IMG/VR virus record: IMGVR_UViG_3300032215_000682
Location: 32,001 to 96,000 of that record
Source: a virus
DNA: 64,000 nt
Reading direction: 5' to 3' (one strand)
In this document: positions 19,733 to 29,373 of the stretch, piece after piece
How the letters are laid out: every line of letters begins with the position of its first letter
Position numbering within the stretch: the stretch's first letter is position 1
Translations under genes and position numbers: made by a program
The notes under the pieces: generated by a model
Databases searched by the model: none
What the model saw: the letters and a program-made list of their open reading frames with translations, nothing else
Told to the model about the DNA's origin: nothing

Positions 19733-22700
19733 TTATGTTTTACTTATTGTTTGATTATTAATTTGAAATTTCATTATATATTTGTGTTGTGAATCATTAT
19801 TATTAGAAAGTCTAACAATAAAAGCATCACTTCTTAATTGTTTTGTTAAAAATTCTTCTTTATAATTTAATGCTTTAGTATTAATATTTTTATAAGGAAC
19901 TTCACATGTATAAGTCATTAAAGGTTGTCCTTTAACACTAACATCTGTTATTGAATTAAATCTCCAATTATTTTCTATATTATCTACTAAAATGTCTTTA
20001 GAAAAGTGATTAATTTTTGGATAGGCAATTGATTGTTGCATATCATCTTTTTTAGCTACAATTAAATTTAACTGTCCTGTAGTTTGATTTTGATTATAAA
20101 TTAAAACCCCATCTAATGTTCTATCATTTACAAAGAAATAATTTAACATGTCTTCATATCTTAAAACATCACATTGATATTCTATAAAATCTACAGTGTT
20201 ATTAATAAATTTATCTTGTGTAACATATTCTATTATAAAAGGAAACAATTCTTCATAAAACACTTGATATGATTTGTTTGTTAATAAATGACTCCAAAGT
20301 CCTGTGCTATTTCCTGATTGAAAATATGTATTATTAGAGATATAATAATTAGGAATAAAAGAATAAAAACTAATCCATTCACCATTAATAGGAGAATAAG
20401 CTAATGTCCATGATTTATTACAAAAATATCTCTTGTCTTTTAAATTTATTTCTTCTCCATTTAAATAAAAAGCATTATTTTTATATTCCACTTTTCCTTT
20501 ATATTGAGAATTTAAAGCATAATCAAGTTTGGTAATAAACATCCTATCATATTTATTATCCCATGTAGTTGCTATTCCTATTTTATTATAAGCATCATCA
20601 ATATTAACATCTGGAAAATCTTTTCTAATACTAAAAGGAAGATGTTCTCTAAACCATGCTCTCATTTTAGGTTTATCTTTTCCTCTTGTTATATCTATTA
20701 GCTGATTTCCTCCTAATTGAAAAATAGAAGGATTTTCACTATTAACATAAAAATGTCCAAATGGTGTACTTTCAAAACTTTGATGTGTAGAACCACCAAA
20801 ACCTAAATCAGATTTATAATATTCTTGAGGCTTTGTAGCAAACATATTGCCTATGCTCACTTGTTGTTGTTCTAATGATGTATTAATTGTTATATAAGCA
20901 TTAAATACTTTTGTAGAATTGGTTTGTCTACATACCACCTTATCTTGTTCTATTCCATTTAAAGCTATTAGAGCACCATCTTCTAATGGAAAATCATAAT
21001 AATCATTGGCAGAATAATTAAGCCAATTAGGAACACCTTTATTAGAATAAATTGCTCTATTAGGAAATTGATTTCTTATATAAGAAAGGGCATTTGTATA
21101 ATCATTTCTAAGAATGTAATAAGGATTTTCTAAATTTTGTTTAGAATAATCAGAATTATAAAAATAATAATTATCAAATGATATTGGGTTCAAATATTGT
21201 TGAGTCCATGTTACAATATCTCCTACATAAGGATAGAAATTCTTTTCTTGATAATTTTCCCCATGTCTCATATCCACATTATAATCACTTTCACAAGCAA
21301 AATATGGAATGCCATATGAATACATTGGAAAATATCCTCTCTGATAAAACACACTACTTTCATCAACTATTGCATGAAGTTCTGGTGGTGTAAAATTAAA
21401 AAAGGCTTGACTGCCACTAGGATCTACAGGAGCTGTATCCATATAATATTTACTAAAAGCAACATTGCTTAATAATGAATATTGGACATCTGTATTAGGC
21501 TGGTCATTTATTCTATCTTGAATAAAAAAAGGCATTTTTCTCTTTAGTCCAAAATTATTAATATATGTATCACCTCCAAATATTGTATCACATGAAGAAT
21601 CTTGTATATTATTCCAATCTATTATACCACAATACCCTGTATCTACCCACTCAATATTTTCTATTGTTCCATACTGATCTGGTACATAAATTTTATTAGA
21701 AGCATAATAACTAGCTATATTAGAATATACACCTGTTTGAAGTTGATTAGAAGCTGCTATATTATTAAAAGCATCTGTTCTACTTGTATCACCTGTTAAA
21801 TTTCCATTAACATCATATATTAATGCCCCATTATTTAATACCCAATCAACACATTGAAAAGCTTTAGCAGGAATAATAACATCAGGAGTTGTAGCATCAT
21901 AAGCTGGAATAGAAAAGAAAATAGAACTTTCTCTCTCAAAATTATTAATTCTTACACTGGAATAATTATCATTAATTTGTATATTTCCAGGATTTAAATA
22001 TATATTGTTACTAGTGACACTAATTTTTTTATAAGGCCCATTTTCTATAAAAGAAGAACTATTATATTTACCATCAGAAATATAATATATTGTAGGATTT
22101 CTAGGAATTCCAAGAGATTTAAATAAGTCTGTAAACTCTTTAGTATATTTACCTTGATTAGTAGCAAAACCAAATCCTATACCTATTGCAAGTTCTATAG
22201 CAAATCCTACTAATGGAGCACTTGTTCCAAATATTGTTATAGGAGCTGCTGCTGATGCTGCATTAAAAGCATCTATAACTATTTCAAGAGCTGCTAACAC
22301 TTCTGCAAATGTATAAGCTTGTTTAGTTAATAATGTATAAGGAGCATGTTTCACCACTTCTACATATTCACCTCTTGATATTCCATATTGAATAGATTCA
22401 AGTTTAATAATATTTCCTAAAAATGGTTTATTAAAACTTGTATTAGGAGAGTGAAATGTATATCTAGCATTAACATAATTATTATTTTTATAAGGGTGCT
22501 TAACATTGCTTCCTCCTCTTTTATCTAAAAGATAAACATCTGTATTTAAATCATTATAAGAATAAGATGGATAGTATATTTTTTCAAAGCTTTGACTACC
22601 ATCTAATGCTTTTATAGGCTCTCCTTTAGAATTTAAAGCATTTGATTTCCATACATCATATAAAAGCCCATTAGCTAAAATAGATTTATTGCTTCTTCTA

Positions 22701-25633
22701 TTACTTCTTTTAATTCCATAACCTACAATATTAAGCCTTTCTTCATTAGAAATTAATTTAGAAATCTCAGCATCTATTAATATTTCTTTTACACTTTCAA
22801 CATCTAAATTAACCCCTATAGGATAGAATTTATTTTTTATAGTATATTGTGTAGGTCTATTAGCTACACTTCTATCAGAAGCATTGTAAGCACTATTTTG
22901 AATGTTTGCCACCCTACAATCAGGAAATTTAAAATGTCTAATTGGTTGTGAACATAATTCAGCATAAACATCTTTATTATTTGGATAGGATTCACTACTT
23001 TTCCAATAGGCAAAATCACCTATATGATAGGTTTGTTTTTCACATTCAGCATTAACATATACTTGTGTAGGTGTAGGGACTAATGATTTATAAATACATT
23101 CAAATTCATAAATTCCAGGTATATCAATAATTTTACTTCCAATAACTGTAGGAGTGGTGATACAAATTGTAGCAAATCCCCATTTAGCTTGTCCAAAAAG
23201 TCCACTATTTTGATCCCAAGAAGGATTTGCATCATTTGTAATAGTAGTGGGATCTGGAGTAAATATTCTAAAATAGTATGTTTGCCCCACTGTTAAAGCA
23301 ATTTGACCATTTGCTACATCTCCTACTAGTAAATATATCCCTGTAGAAGAATCTTGTGGACTTGAACAAGCTATTGGACAACTTCCTAAACAATCTTGAA
23401 ATACTTCTAAACTAAATTTAGTATTAGTAAGACCAGAATTTATACCACTGAGTCCTAAATTAATAGCATGTGTTTTAGCTGTAGCTATAAATGAATACCA
23501 CACTTGATTATCTGTATAACATGTACCAAAACTATTACATGATTGACATCCTGCACATCCTGATGGATTATATAAATCTGTTGGTGATGACACTCTTGCT
23601 AAATAAGCATAATCATTAGGTTGATTAGTTGTAGGATTGAGTCTACATGCACCATTAGTACTTGGAGCTATTTGTAAAGCTGTTGCACATGTTTTATTAA
23701 TAGGAACAAATAAATCTGAGTTTAACACTTGACTGGCAGCATTACCTGTTCCTGCTCCAAAAGCATCTGCAAATGTTGTATTATATTTTGGACTATGTAT
23801 TAGATTAGTTTGAGTGTATGTTGAAACACTAGTGTTAATTTGTGGTGCTTGTAATGTTTTAAATATTATTGAATCTGCAATATTATTATAGCCACTAGGA
23901 ATTATACATCCACAATTTGTTAATAAAGTGTTATTAATATTATAAAATGTAATATTATCTGAGCTATATATCTTTGTATTAGGCTCAATACCACCAATAT
24001 TATTAATTTTTGAATAATAAAAAGGTGGTGTAGAAGATTGTGGATCATTAGTATATAAATCACTATTACAACTAAAGTATTTATATGTGTCTACTATTTG
24101 TACACCAGAAGCATTATAGGGACAATTTGGAGATTGTCCTTCATCTTGTGCTGTATTATATACTTGCCATAATTTATTAATTTCTTGTGAAGGACAACCT
24201 TGTGCTGTCAACTCATTGCCATCTGTAACAATATAATCAACATCTAAAACATCTGTTGTATTTATATAATTATCTATGGTGTCTTTCATTTTATAAGCAT
24301 CTTTATAATACTGCTTATCATTATTAGAAAGAATAAAATCTGCTGTTGTTCCTCCTCCTTTTAATTTAAAATATATACTAAAAGCATATACTTCATCTCT
24401 ATTATATCCTACATAATTAGCAGCATTATTACTATTAGAATAAAAATCAGATGGCACTTCTATTGTTTGCCATTTTAAATGTAATTTATTAACTACAGGT
24501 TGTAAATTTAACTCTCTTTGAGCTTCTAGTCCATACCAAAATAGAAAATCATTAGCTTTTGTTATTCCCTCAGCTTTATTATAAAGAGGTCTTCTTCTTA
24601 ATACATCATCAATAGTAAGTCTTGCTTCACTATCATATTCATTACCTGTAAATGTATAAATAAAATTATTAGAATTAATAGAAAATGTCCCTATTTGAAA
24701 TATAGATGTTGTGTTATTTACTGTTATTAGAACAATAATATTTATATAATTATATCTTTTAGCATCTAAATTACTAATAGAAAGTTTAATTGCTTGACTT
24801 GTTAAATAATCTGTATTAACTGTAATAGTGTTAGTGGTATCATAAATAGGAAATGGGTTGGATATTGTAAAATAATCTGTTAATTCTACACCAATACTAT
24901 TAGAATAGCTTACACTAAATTGATATGTTCCAGCTTTTAAACTTCCTCCAATAACATCTTCTATTGTATTTAAACAAGGAATATTAAAAGGTTCATTCAC
25001 TAATATTTTAGAACAATCTAATTGATTTGTATATATAATTTCTCCACAATCTCCTGTTGATTGTACAATATAAGGAATATGAGAAATATCTAAAAATCTC
25101 ATTCCATTATTATAGTCTGTAAAATAAATAACAATTGATTCATTATTAGGAAGATTATTATTAGGATTGTATCCAATACTAAAAGAACTTCTAATAGGAA
25201 AATTTATATTAAAATTAAGACATGGAGCATTAATTATTGTTTCATATTGACAAAGTTCTTTCTGTTCTATTAATTCTAATGGCTTTCCTTCAATATAAGA
25301 AGCATTACATGTAGAACAAAATACTTTTTCATCAGCAATGTCTTCATAATTAGAACTTCTAATCATTCCAATTTCTGAATCTTTTGTTGATTCATTTACT
25401 AGAAAGAATATAACAATATTTTTAATAGAAATATTTAATGTTCCTATTACAGAATATCCTTCTTTAAATCTTGTACATAGCAAATTACTAGGCTCATTAG
25501 AAATTCTAAATAAGTTTCCTGATACATCTTGTATATTAGCATTTACTGCAAGACTATAAGAGTTTGGAGACATGTTTGAGATATGAGAATCCATATCCAT
25601 CCCAACACTTGTCTGATTTATTTCTTGTGACAT
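19733..25633 (-). CDS. Tail muzzle/stabilisation protein (P22 gp10-like, crAss muzzle) with large insertions
   Basis: N-terminal GMDMD..SYSLAVNA, GYNRDEVYAFSI, IRHFKFP, FGGDTYI and C-terminal WTLAYSP..WISFYSFIPNYY. 1966 aa, in the expected tail position. Confidence 0.75.
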   Translation of the reverse strand: MSQEINQTSVGMDMDSHISNMSPNSYSLAVNANIQDVSGNLFRISNEPSNLLCTRFKEGYSVIGTLNISIKNIVIFFLVNESTKDSEIGMIRSSNYEDIADEKVFCSTCNASYIEGKPLELIEQKELCQYETIINAPCLNFNINFPIRSSFSIGYNPNNNLPNNESIVIYFTDYNNGMRFLDISHIPYIVQSTGDCGEIIYTNQLDCSKILVNEPFNIPCLNTIEDVIGGSLKAGTYQFSVSYSNSIGVELTDYFTISNPFPIYDTTNTITVNTDYLTSQAIKLSISNLDAKRYNYINIIVLITVNNTTSIFQIGTFSINSNNFIYTFTGNEYDSEARLTIDDVLRRRPLYNKAEGITKANDFLFWYGLEAQRELNLQPVVNKLHLKWQTIEVPSDFYSNSNNAANYVGYNRDEVYAFSIYFKLKGGGTTADFILSNNDKQYYKDAYKMKDTIDNYINTTDVLDVDYIVTDGNELTAQGCPSQEINKLWQVYNTAQDEGQSPNCPYNASGVQIVDTYKYFSCNSDLYTNDPQSSTPPFYYSKINNIGGIEPNTKIYSSDNITFYNINNTLLTNCGCIIPSGYNNIADSIIFKTLQAPQINTSVSTYTQTNLIHSPKYNTTFADAFGAGTGNAASQVLNSDLFVPINKTCATALQIAPSTNGACRLNPTTNQPNDYAYLARVSSPTDLYNPSGCAGCQSCNSFGTCYTDNQVWYSFIATAKTHAINLGLSGINSGLTNTKFSLEVFQDCLGSCPIACSSPQDSSTGIYLLVGDVANGQIALTVGQTYYFRIFTPDPTTITNDANPSWDQNSGLFGQAKWGFATICITTPTVIGSKIIDIPGIYEFECIYKSLVPTPTQVYVNAECEKQTYHIGDFAYWKSSESYPNNKDVYAELCSQPIRHFKFPDCRVANIQNSAYNASDRSVANRPTQYTIKNKFYPIGVNLDVESVKEILIDAEISKLISNEERLNIVGYGIKRSNRRSNKSILANGLLYDVWKSNALNSKGEPIKALDGSQSFEKIYYPSYSYNDLNTDVYLLDKRGGSNVKHPYKNNNYVNARYTFHSPNTSFNKPFLGNIIKLESIQYGISRGEYVEVVKHAPYTLLTKQAYTFAEVLAALEIVIDAFNAASAAAPITIFGTSAPLVGFAIELAIGIGFGFATNQGKYTKEFTDLFKSLGIPRNPTIYYISDGKYNSSSFIENGPYKKISVTSNNIYLNPGNIQINDNYSSVRINNFERESSIFFSIPAYDATTPDVIIPAKAFQCVDWVLNNGALIYDVNGNLTGDTSRTDAFNNIAASNQLQTGVYSNIASYYASNKIYVPDQYGTIENIEWVDTGYCGIIDWNNIQDSSCDTIFGGDTYINNFGLKRKMPFFIQDRINDQPNTDVQYSLLSNVAFSKYYMDTAPVDPSGSQAFFNFTPPELHAIVDESSVFYQRGYFPMYSYGIPYFACESDYNVDMRHGENYQEKNFYPYVGDIVTWTQQYLNPISFDNYYFYNSDYSKQNLENPYYILRNDYTNALSYIRNQFPNRAIYSNKGVPNWLNYSANDYYDFPLEDGALIALNGIEQDKVVCRQTNSTKVFNAYITINTSLEQQQVSIGNMFATKPQEYYKSDLGFGGSTHQSFESTPFGHFYVNSENPSIFQLGGNQLIDITRGKDKPKMRAWFREHLPFSIRKDFPDVNIDDAYNKIGIATTWDNKYDRMFITKLDYALNSQYKGKVEYKNNAFYLNGEEINLKDKRYFCNKSWTLAYSPINGEWISFYSFIPNYYISNNTYFQSGNSTGLWSHLLTNKSYQVFYEELFPFIIEYVTQDKFINNTVDFIEYQCDVLRYEDMLNYFFVNDRTLDGVLIYNQNQTTGQLNLIVAKKDDMQQSIAYPKINHFSKDILVDNIENNWRFNSITDVSVKGQPLMTYTCEVPYKNINTKALNYKEEFLTKQLRSDAFIVRLSNNNDSQHKYIMKFQINNQTISKT

Positions 25634-25642
25634 TATTATTTT

Positions 25643-26602
25643 TTAAAAGTGTCTTACATTCATTCTCTCATAGGAATAGTATTGATTCCTAAGCCTTCTG
25701 CTATCTTCAACAAGTTTATTAAAACTAGGTAATTTTGAAAGGAATCTTGCCTCAGCCATACTTTTAGCTGATTTTTCATTCCAATATTTTAATTTATTTT
25801 CTAAATTAACATCTTGACTATCAGACCACATAGCTTCAAAAAAGAATAATATTAAATAATCTCTAAGAGCTTGTAAGAGCACAGGATGATCTCCCACTAA
25901 TGGCAACCCTGTTTTTTCATCAAAAGGCCCTGAATAATATCTAATAAACATCATAGGGTGCTTTAAATTAGAAAAGACATAATAAGTGTTTCCTTGTTTT
26001 CTAATAGAAATATCATGTACACCACCTCCTTTAAAATTTTTACAATGTTTATGACAAAATGTTTCTGTTAATTTATTTCCAAGTTTTAAAAGTCTTGGTG
26101 TAAAATTCCATTCATAATTAGCATTAGCCCATGAATTTCCTTCAACATATTCTTTAATAGTCACTTTTTCTATTACATTTTCTGGAGCACAACCATTTAT
26201 ATAAACACCATAAGTGGGTTGATTACATATTCCTCCAGGCTGTTGTATCATTTCACAATCTTTATGTGTATAAACAACAATTTTATCTTGAAATTCTCTC
26301 CAATGAAAAGGCTTTATTTCTTTTCCATTATATGTTTCATTTTCTAATTCTCTATGATTTTCTTTACAAAGCCAAGCAGAATCTAACATCATAAAGTCAC
26401 AAGGAAGTTGTCCTTTGTGATCTGTAAGTGTTATCATAGTGTCTTTTCTTTCAAAGAGAGAAAGTCCTAAATTAGAATTAAACCAAGCTATTTGGTCATA
26501 AAATTTACCAACATCTAAAAGACCATTAGCTGAATAAGAAGCTAAATAGTCCTCTATATAGTTCATTGTGGAGTCACAACTTATTAAATTAAAATCACTC
26601 AT
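25643..26602 (-). CDS. Tail ring/tubular protein
   Basis: DHKGQLPCDF and YYSGPFDEKTGLPLVGD motifs. Located immediately upstream of the muzzle gene. Confidence 0.6.
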   Translation of the reverse strand: MSDFNLISCDSTMNYIEDYLASYSANGLLDVGKFYDQIAWFNSNLGLSLFERKDTMITLTDHKGQLPCDFMMLDSAWLCKENHRELENETYNGKEIKPFHWREFQDKIVVYTHKDCEMIQQPGGICNQPTYGVYINGCAPENVIEKVTIKEYVEGNSWANANYEWNFTPRLLKLGNKLTETFCHKHCKNFKGGGVHDISIRKQGNTYYVFSNLKHPMMFIRYYSGPFDEKTGLPLVGDHPVLLQALRDYLILFFFEAMWSDSQDVNLENKLKYWNEKSAKSMAEARFLSKLPSFNKLVEDSRRLRNQYYSYERMNVRHF

Positions 26603-27165
26603 TATATTATTTGATTAATTCTTCTTTTATAAAAATCTTGAAATTTATAAGAATAAAAATTAGCATCAGTTTTTACTTTCTTAGCTAATTGTTGTTTTAA
26701 TTGTTTTGTAGGTTCCCATCTATAAACATGTGCTTTTTTAGAAGTTGTATTCTTTCTATTAAACCACATAAATCTAAACCAATCTAAATAGTGTTCTAAA
26801 TTCATATATCTTTGTGGGTGAGAATATTTTTTTAGTCTTCTTTCTTTTAAATATTCTGAAAGATTAGAATTCTTTATTTTTTCTATTGTTTCTTCTTTAT
26901 TTTCTCTATGGTTAATAGGTGTATATTTAGACACCACTAATGTTCCCATATTTTTAAAAATATTAAAACCTTCAGGATTTTCTAATAGCCATTTACCTAT
27001 TTCTATATTAGAAAGCATTATCACTTGGTAAATATCTGAATTAGAAAGTTGCCTTCTATTCATCTTAAATCTCTTTCTGATTTTTTTACATAATTCATTA
27101 GAAAATACAGAAGTTTTTTCTCCATATTTTAGAATTCCTTTAGATGTTTCTATCTTTTGACTCAT
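26602..27165 (-). CDS. Basic IHF/HU-like protein of the crAss tail module
   Basis: Highly basic, GFNIFKNMGTLVVSK, FRFMW. Same position as the IHF-like gene between ring genes in crAss-like phages. Confidence 0.5.
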   Translation of the reverse strand: MSQKIETSKGILKYGEKTSVFSNELCKKIRKRFKMNRRQLSNSDIYQVIMLSNIEIGKWLLENPEGFNIFKNMGTLVVSKYTPINHRENKEETIEKIKNSNLSEYLKERRLKKYSHPQRYMNLEHYLDWFRFMWFNRKNTTSKKAHVYRWEPTKQLKQQLAKKVKTDANFYSYKFQDFYKRRINQII

Positions 27166-27881
27166 TCTTTTGGTTGTATTGGTTGTTTAGTTTTGATATT
27201 TGAATCAAGGTCAGGATTGGAATCTTTTACAAACTTGCCATAAACAGAAGCTAATTCTGTTATAAGTTGTTGTTTAACATTATGTAAAAGATATTCAGGA
27301 CATACAAATTCATAATCTAAAGGACTATCTATACAATCAGGCACATCACATGATTCACATTCATCTTGTATTAAACTATCTACAAGCCAAGGTTTTTTAA
27401 AATAAGCTTCTATTGTAATAGTTTCAACATCAGAATTAGGAATATAAATATATCCATCAATAAAAAAATAATATTTCTTTCTAAAATCAACATATTGTCT
27501 ATTTTGAATAGCTCTCCACTGTTTGGGAAATATAGGTTCATAATAAGTTTCTAAATTGACACTAGAGACATACTTTATTAGATTGCCATATCTTGTAGAA
27601 AATGTGCTTGGAAGCCTGTATTTAGTCCTCTGTAGCCTTTTACATACATAAGTGTCAAGAGCTTCACAACTTGTTATAGGTACATCTATAAGGTTTAAGC
27701 AATTAATAACTTTCCACCCCTCCTGTAATTTATACACCCTTCTGGAATCATTTTCCTTTTTAATGTAGTCTGCTGCTATATCAATAGCTTTACTAATTAC
27801 AAATTGTGGAGGAAGATAATCATCTACTGAAATTGCACGAAGATCATTCCATGTCTCACTAATTAATTGTCTGTTGGTCAT
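27162..27881 (-). CDS. Tail ring protein
   Basis: LQRTKYRLP, YYFFIDGYIYI, IEAYFKKP and C..PLDYEFVCPEYL motifs, plus synteny. Confidence 0.6.
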   Translation of the reverse strand: MTNRQLISETWNDLRAISVDDYLPPQFVISKAIDIAADYIKKENDSRRVYKLQEGWKVINCLNLIDVPITSCEALDTYVCKRLQRTKYRLPSTFSTRYGNLIKYVSSVNLETYYEPIFPKQWRAIQNRQYVDFRKKYYFFIDGYIYIPNSDVETITIEAYFKKPWLVDSLIQDECESCDVPDCIDSPLDYEFVCPEYLLHNVKQQLITELASVYGKFVKDSNPDLDSNIKTKQPIQPKE

Positions 27882-27888
27882 AATTGTG

Positions 27889-27942
27889 TAAATATACTAA
27901 TAATTATTGAATTTTCCTAATACCTCATAAAATTATGTGAAA
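27889..27942 (-). promoter_or_regulatory. Promoter (TATATTTA variant, TTAGG at -33) plus palindromic box
   Basis: Box ctcataaaattatgtgaaa at 27924-27942 is identical to 57321-57339 and has the same spacing to the -7 element. Confidence 0.6.
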
Positions 27943-27956
27943 TTAGTGAATATAAA

Positions 27957-27989
27957 TAAAAAACCCCTAGAGGATGTCTCTAAGGGCTT
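27957..27989 (-). terminator. Intrinsic terminator
   Basis: Minus strand reads aagcccttagag-acatc-ctctaggggtt followed by a T-run, just after the stop at 28000. Confidence 0.75.
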
Positions 27990-27999
27990 GTGTTAATTG

Positions 28000-28392
28000 T
28001 TAATTTAAGTATTCCAAACTAGAAGATAGCAATGTTTGGTTAATTTGCCCTAGAAGCTCTTCAGACATCTCTACAAGCTCTTCATCTCCTATGTCTATAC
28101 TCCAATCTAATAAGTCTTCTACAAAGCTTGCAAATGAATCTAATAGCATTTTATTTGATAAATCTTCATTTACATCTGCTGTAATAGTTTCTGGAATATG
28201 TTCATATTCTCTCATTACATGTTCTGGTATAGCTTCTGCATAAAAAAGTGTTATTTTATATAACTCTTCTAATGCTAGTCTTTCTGTAGCTCTTTCTGTA
28301 ATTGACATATTAAAAGTTAGTTGCTCAGGGAAAACTACAAAACCTAGAAATATATCTTCAATGGTAAATTCATCCTCTATTTTATTTTTCAT
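28000..28392 (-). CDS. Highly acidic small protein (possible DNA mimic)
   Basis: About 30 D/E versus 7 K/R in 130 aa. Confidence 0.6.
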   Translation of the reverse strand: MKNKIEDEFTIEDIFLGFVVFPEQLTFNMSITERATERLALEELYKITLFYAEAIPEHVMREYEHIPETITADVNEDLSNKMLLDSFASFVEDLLDWSIDIGDEELVEMSEELLGQINQTLLSSSLEYLN

Positions 28393-28529
28393 TTTATTAT
28401 TTCTACTTTTCTTACATTCATTCCTTCCACATCTTTTGCTAAAATATTAGCCATTTGTGATGTATAATTGCCTAAACAATTCATTATTCTGTATGTACCA
28501 TCAATACATTCTATTTTTATTTTAGTCAT
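28389..28529 (-). CDS. Small hypothetical protein (46 aa, MTKIKIECIDGTYRIMNCLG...)
   Basis: Fills the gap exactly. Overlaps the exonuclease stop and has an ATGA overlap with the 28392 start. Below the ORF-track cut-off. Confidence 0.6.
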   Translation of the reverse strand: MTKIKIECIDGTYRIMNCLGNYTSQMANILAKDVEGMNVRKVEIIK

Positions 28530-29298
28530 TTCTGAATTTTTTTATCTGACAATAATCTTGCAATTTCTGATATACTTTTTTAGTAATTATTACATCATTT
28601 TCACAGTAATCAATCATGTTTTTCAATGCTTCCTTATCTTTTTTAAGAATAACATCATTCCATAATTGTAAACCACCAGTTGATACTTTTTCACCAAGTC
28701 CAAGAAATTTAGCTATATAATCAAGTTTATTGTTATTAAAACTAAAACTATTTCTAGCCATTTTCAATGTATCAATTGTTTGAAGTTTAGCAGGAAATGG
28801 TATTCCATGATATATGCATCTTGTCCTAATAAAAGGAATGTCAAACCCATCAGAATTATGTCCTACTAGAATAACATCTTCATTTAAAAGTTTGCTAAAT
28901 TCTAATAGAAGTTTAGCATCACCATCACTATTCCAAGAAAGTGTTTGCACTTTATCACTATCATCCCAAGAATAACTAAGGCATATAATCTTTTTTTCTT
29001 CTATTATATTATCATGTGAAAGGTTAATTTTACTACCAATTCTCCATGAAGATACAATATTAAATGAAGACTCAATATCAATAAAAAGCTTTCTTTTAGG
29101 AGCTTTAACTTCTAAGACAGAATCATCATTTTTAATTCTAATCTTTCTAAACCTATTTCTGATATATTCACTGGACAAACCTTCACCTATCTCACTTGCC
29201 ACTAAGCTCCATCTAAATTGTGTGTCTTTAGTTCTCCAATCTTCAATAAATGCATAATTTTCTAATAGAAAAGCATCAACTTTTTGTTTTAAATTCAT
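28522..29298 (-). CDS. RNase H-like 3'-5' exonuclease (DnaQ/PolB proofreading-type DEDD)
   Basis: ExoI LFIDIESS, ExoII VGHNSDGFDIPFI, IDTLKMA, NKLDY and ExoIII YCENDV. Confidence 0.85.
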   Translation of the reverse strand: MNLKQKVDAFLLENYAFIEDWRTKDTQFRWSLVASEIGEGLSSEYIRNRFRKIRIKNDDSVLEVKAPKRKLFIDIESSFNIVSSWRIGSKINLSHDNIIEEKKIICLSYSWDDSDKVQTLSWNSDGDAKLLLEFSKLLNEDVILVGHNSDGFDIPFIRTRCIYHGIPFPAKLQTIDTLKMARNSFSFNNNKLDYIAKFLGLGEKVSTGGLQLWNDVILKKDKEALKNMIDYCENDVIITKKVYQKLQDYCQIKKFRND

Positions 29299-29328
29299 TA
29301 ATTATATTTAATTAAAATTTCAATAATA

Positions 29329-29360
29329 CAAAGATATGAATAATAATTCACAATTCCTAA
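29329..29360 (-). promoter_or_regulatory. Bacteroidota-type promoter for the exonuclease cassette
   Basis: TATCTTTG at 29329-29336 and TTAGG at 29356-29360. The palindromic box is absent here. Confidence 0.6.
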
Positions 29361-29373
29361 TTTTTAACAAAAA

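Noticed and set aside
25633-25645. In-frame TAA AAA junction between the ring and muzzle genes as a readthrough fusion
   Set aside because: Both genes have normal ends and starts. A 9-nt in-frame spacer is expected by chance one time in three.
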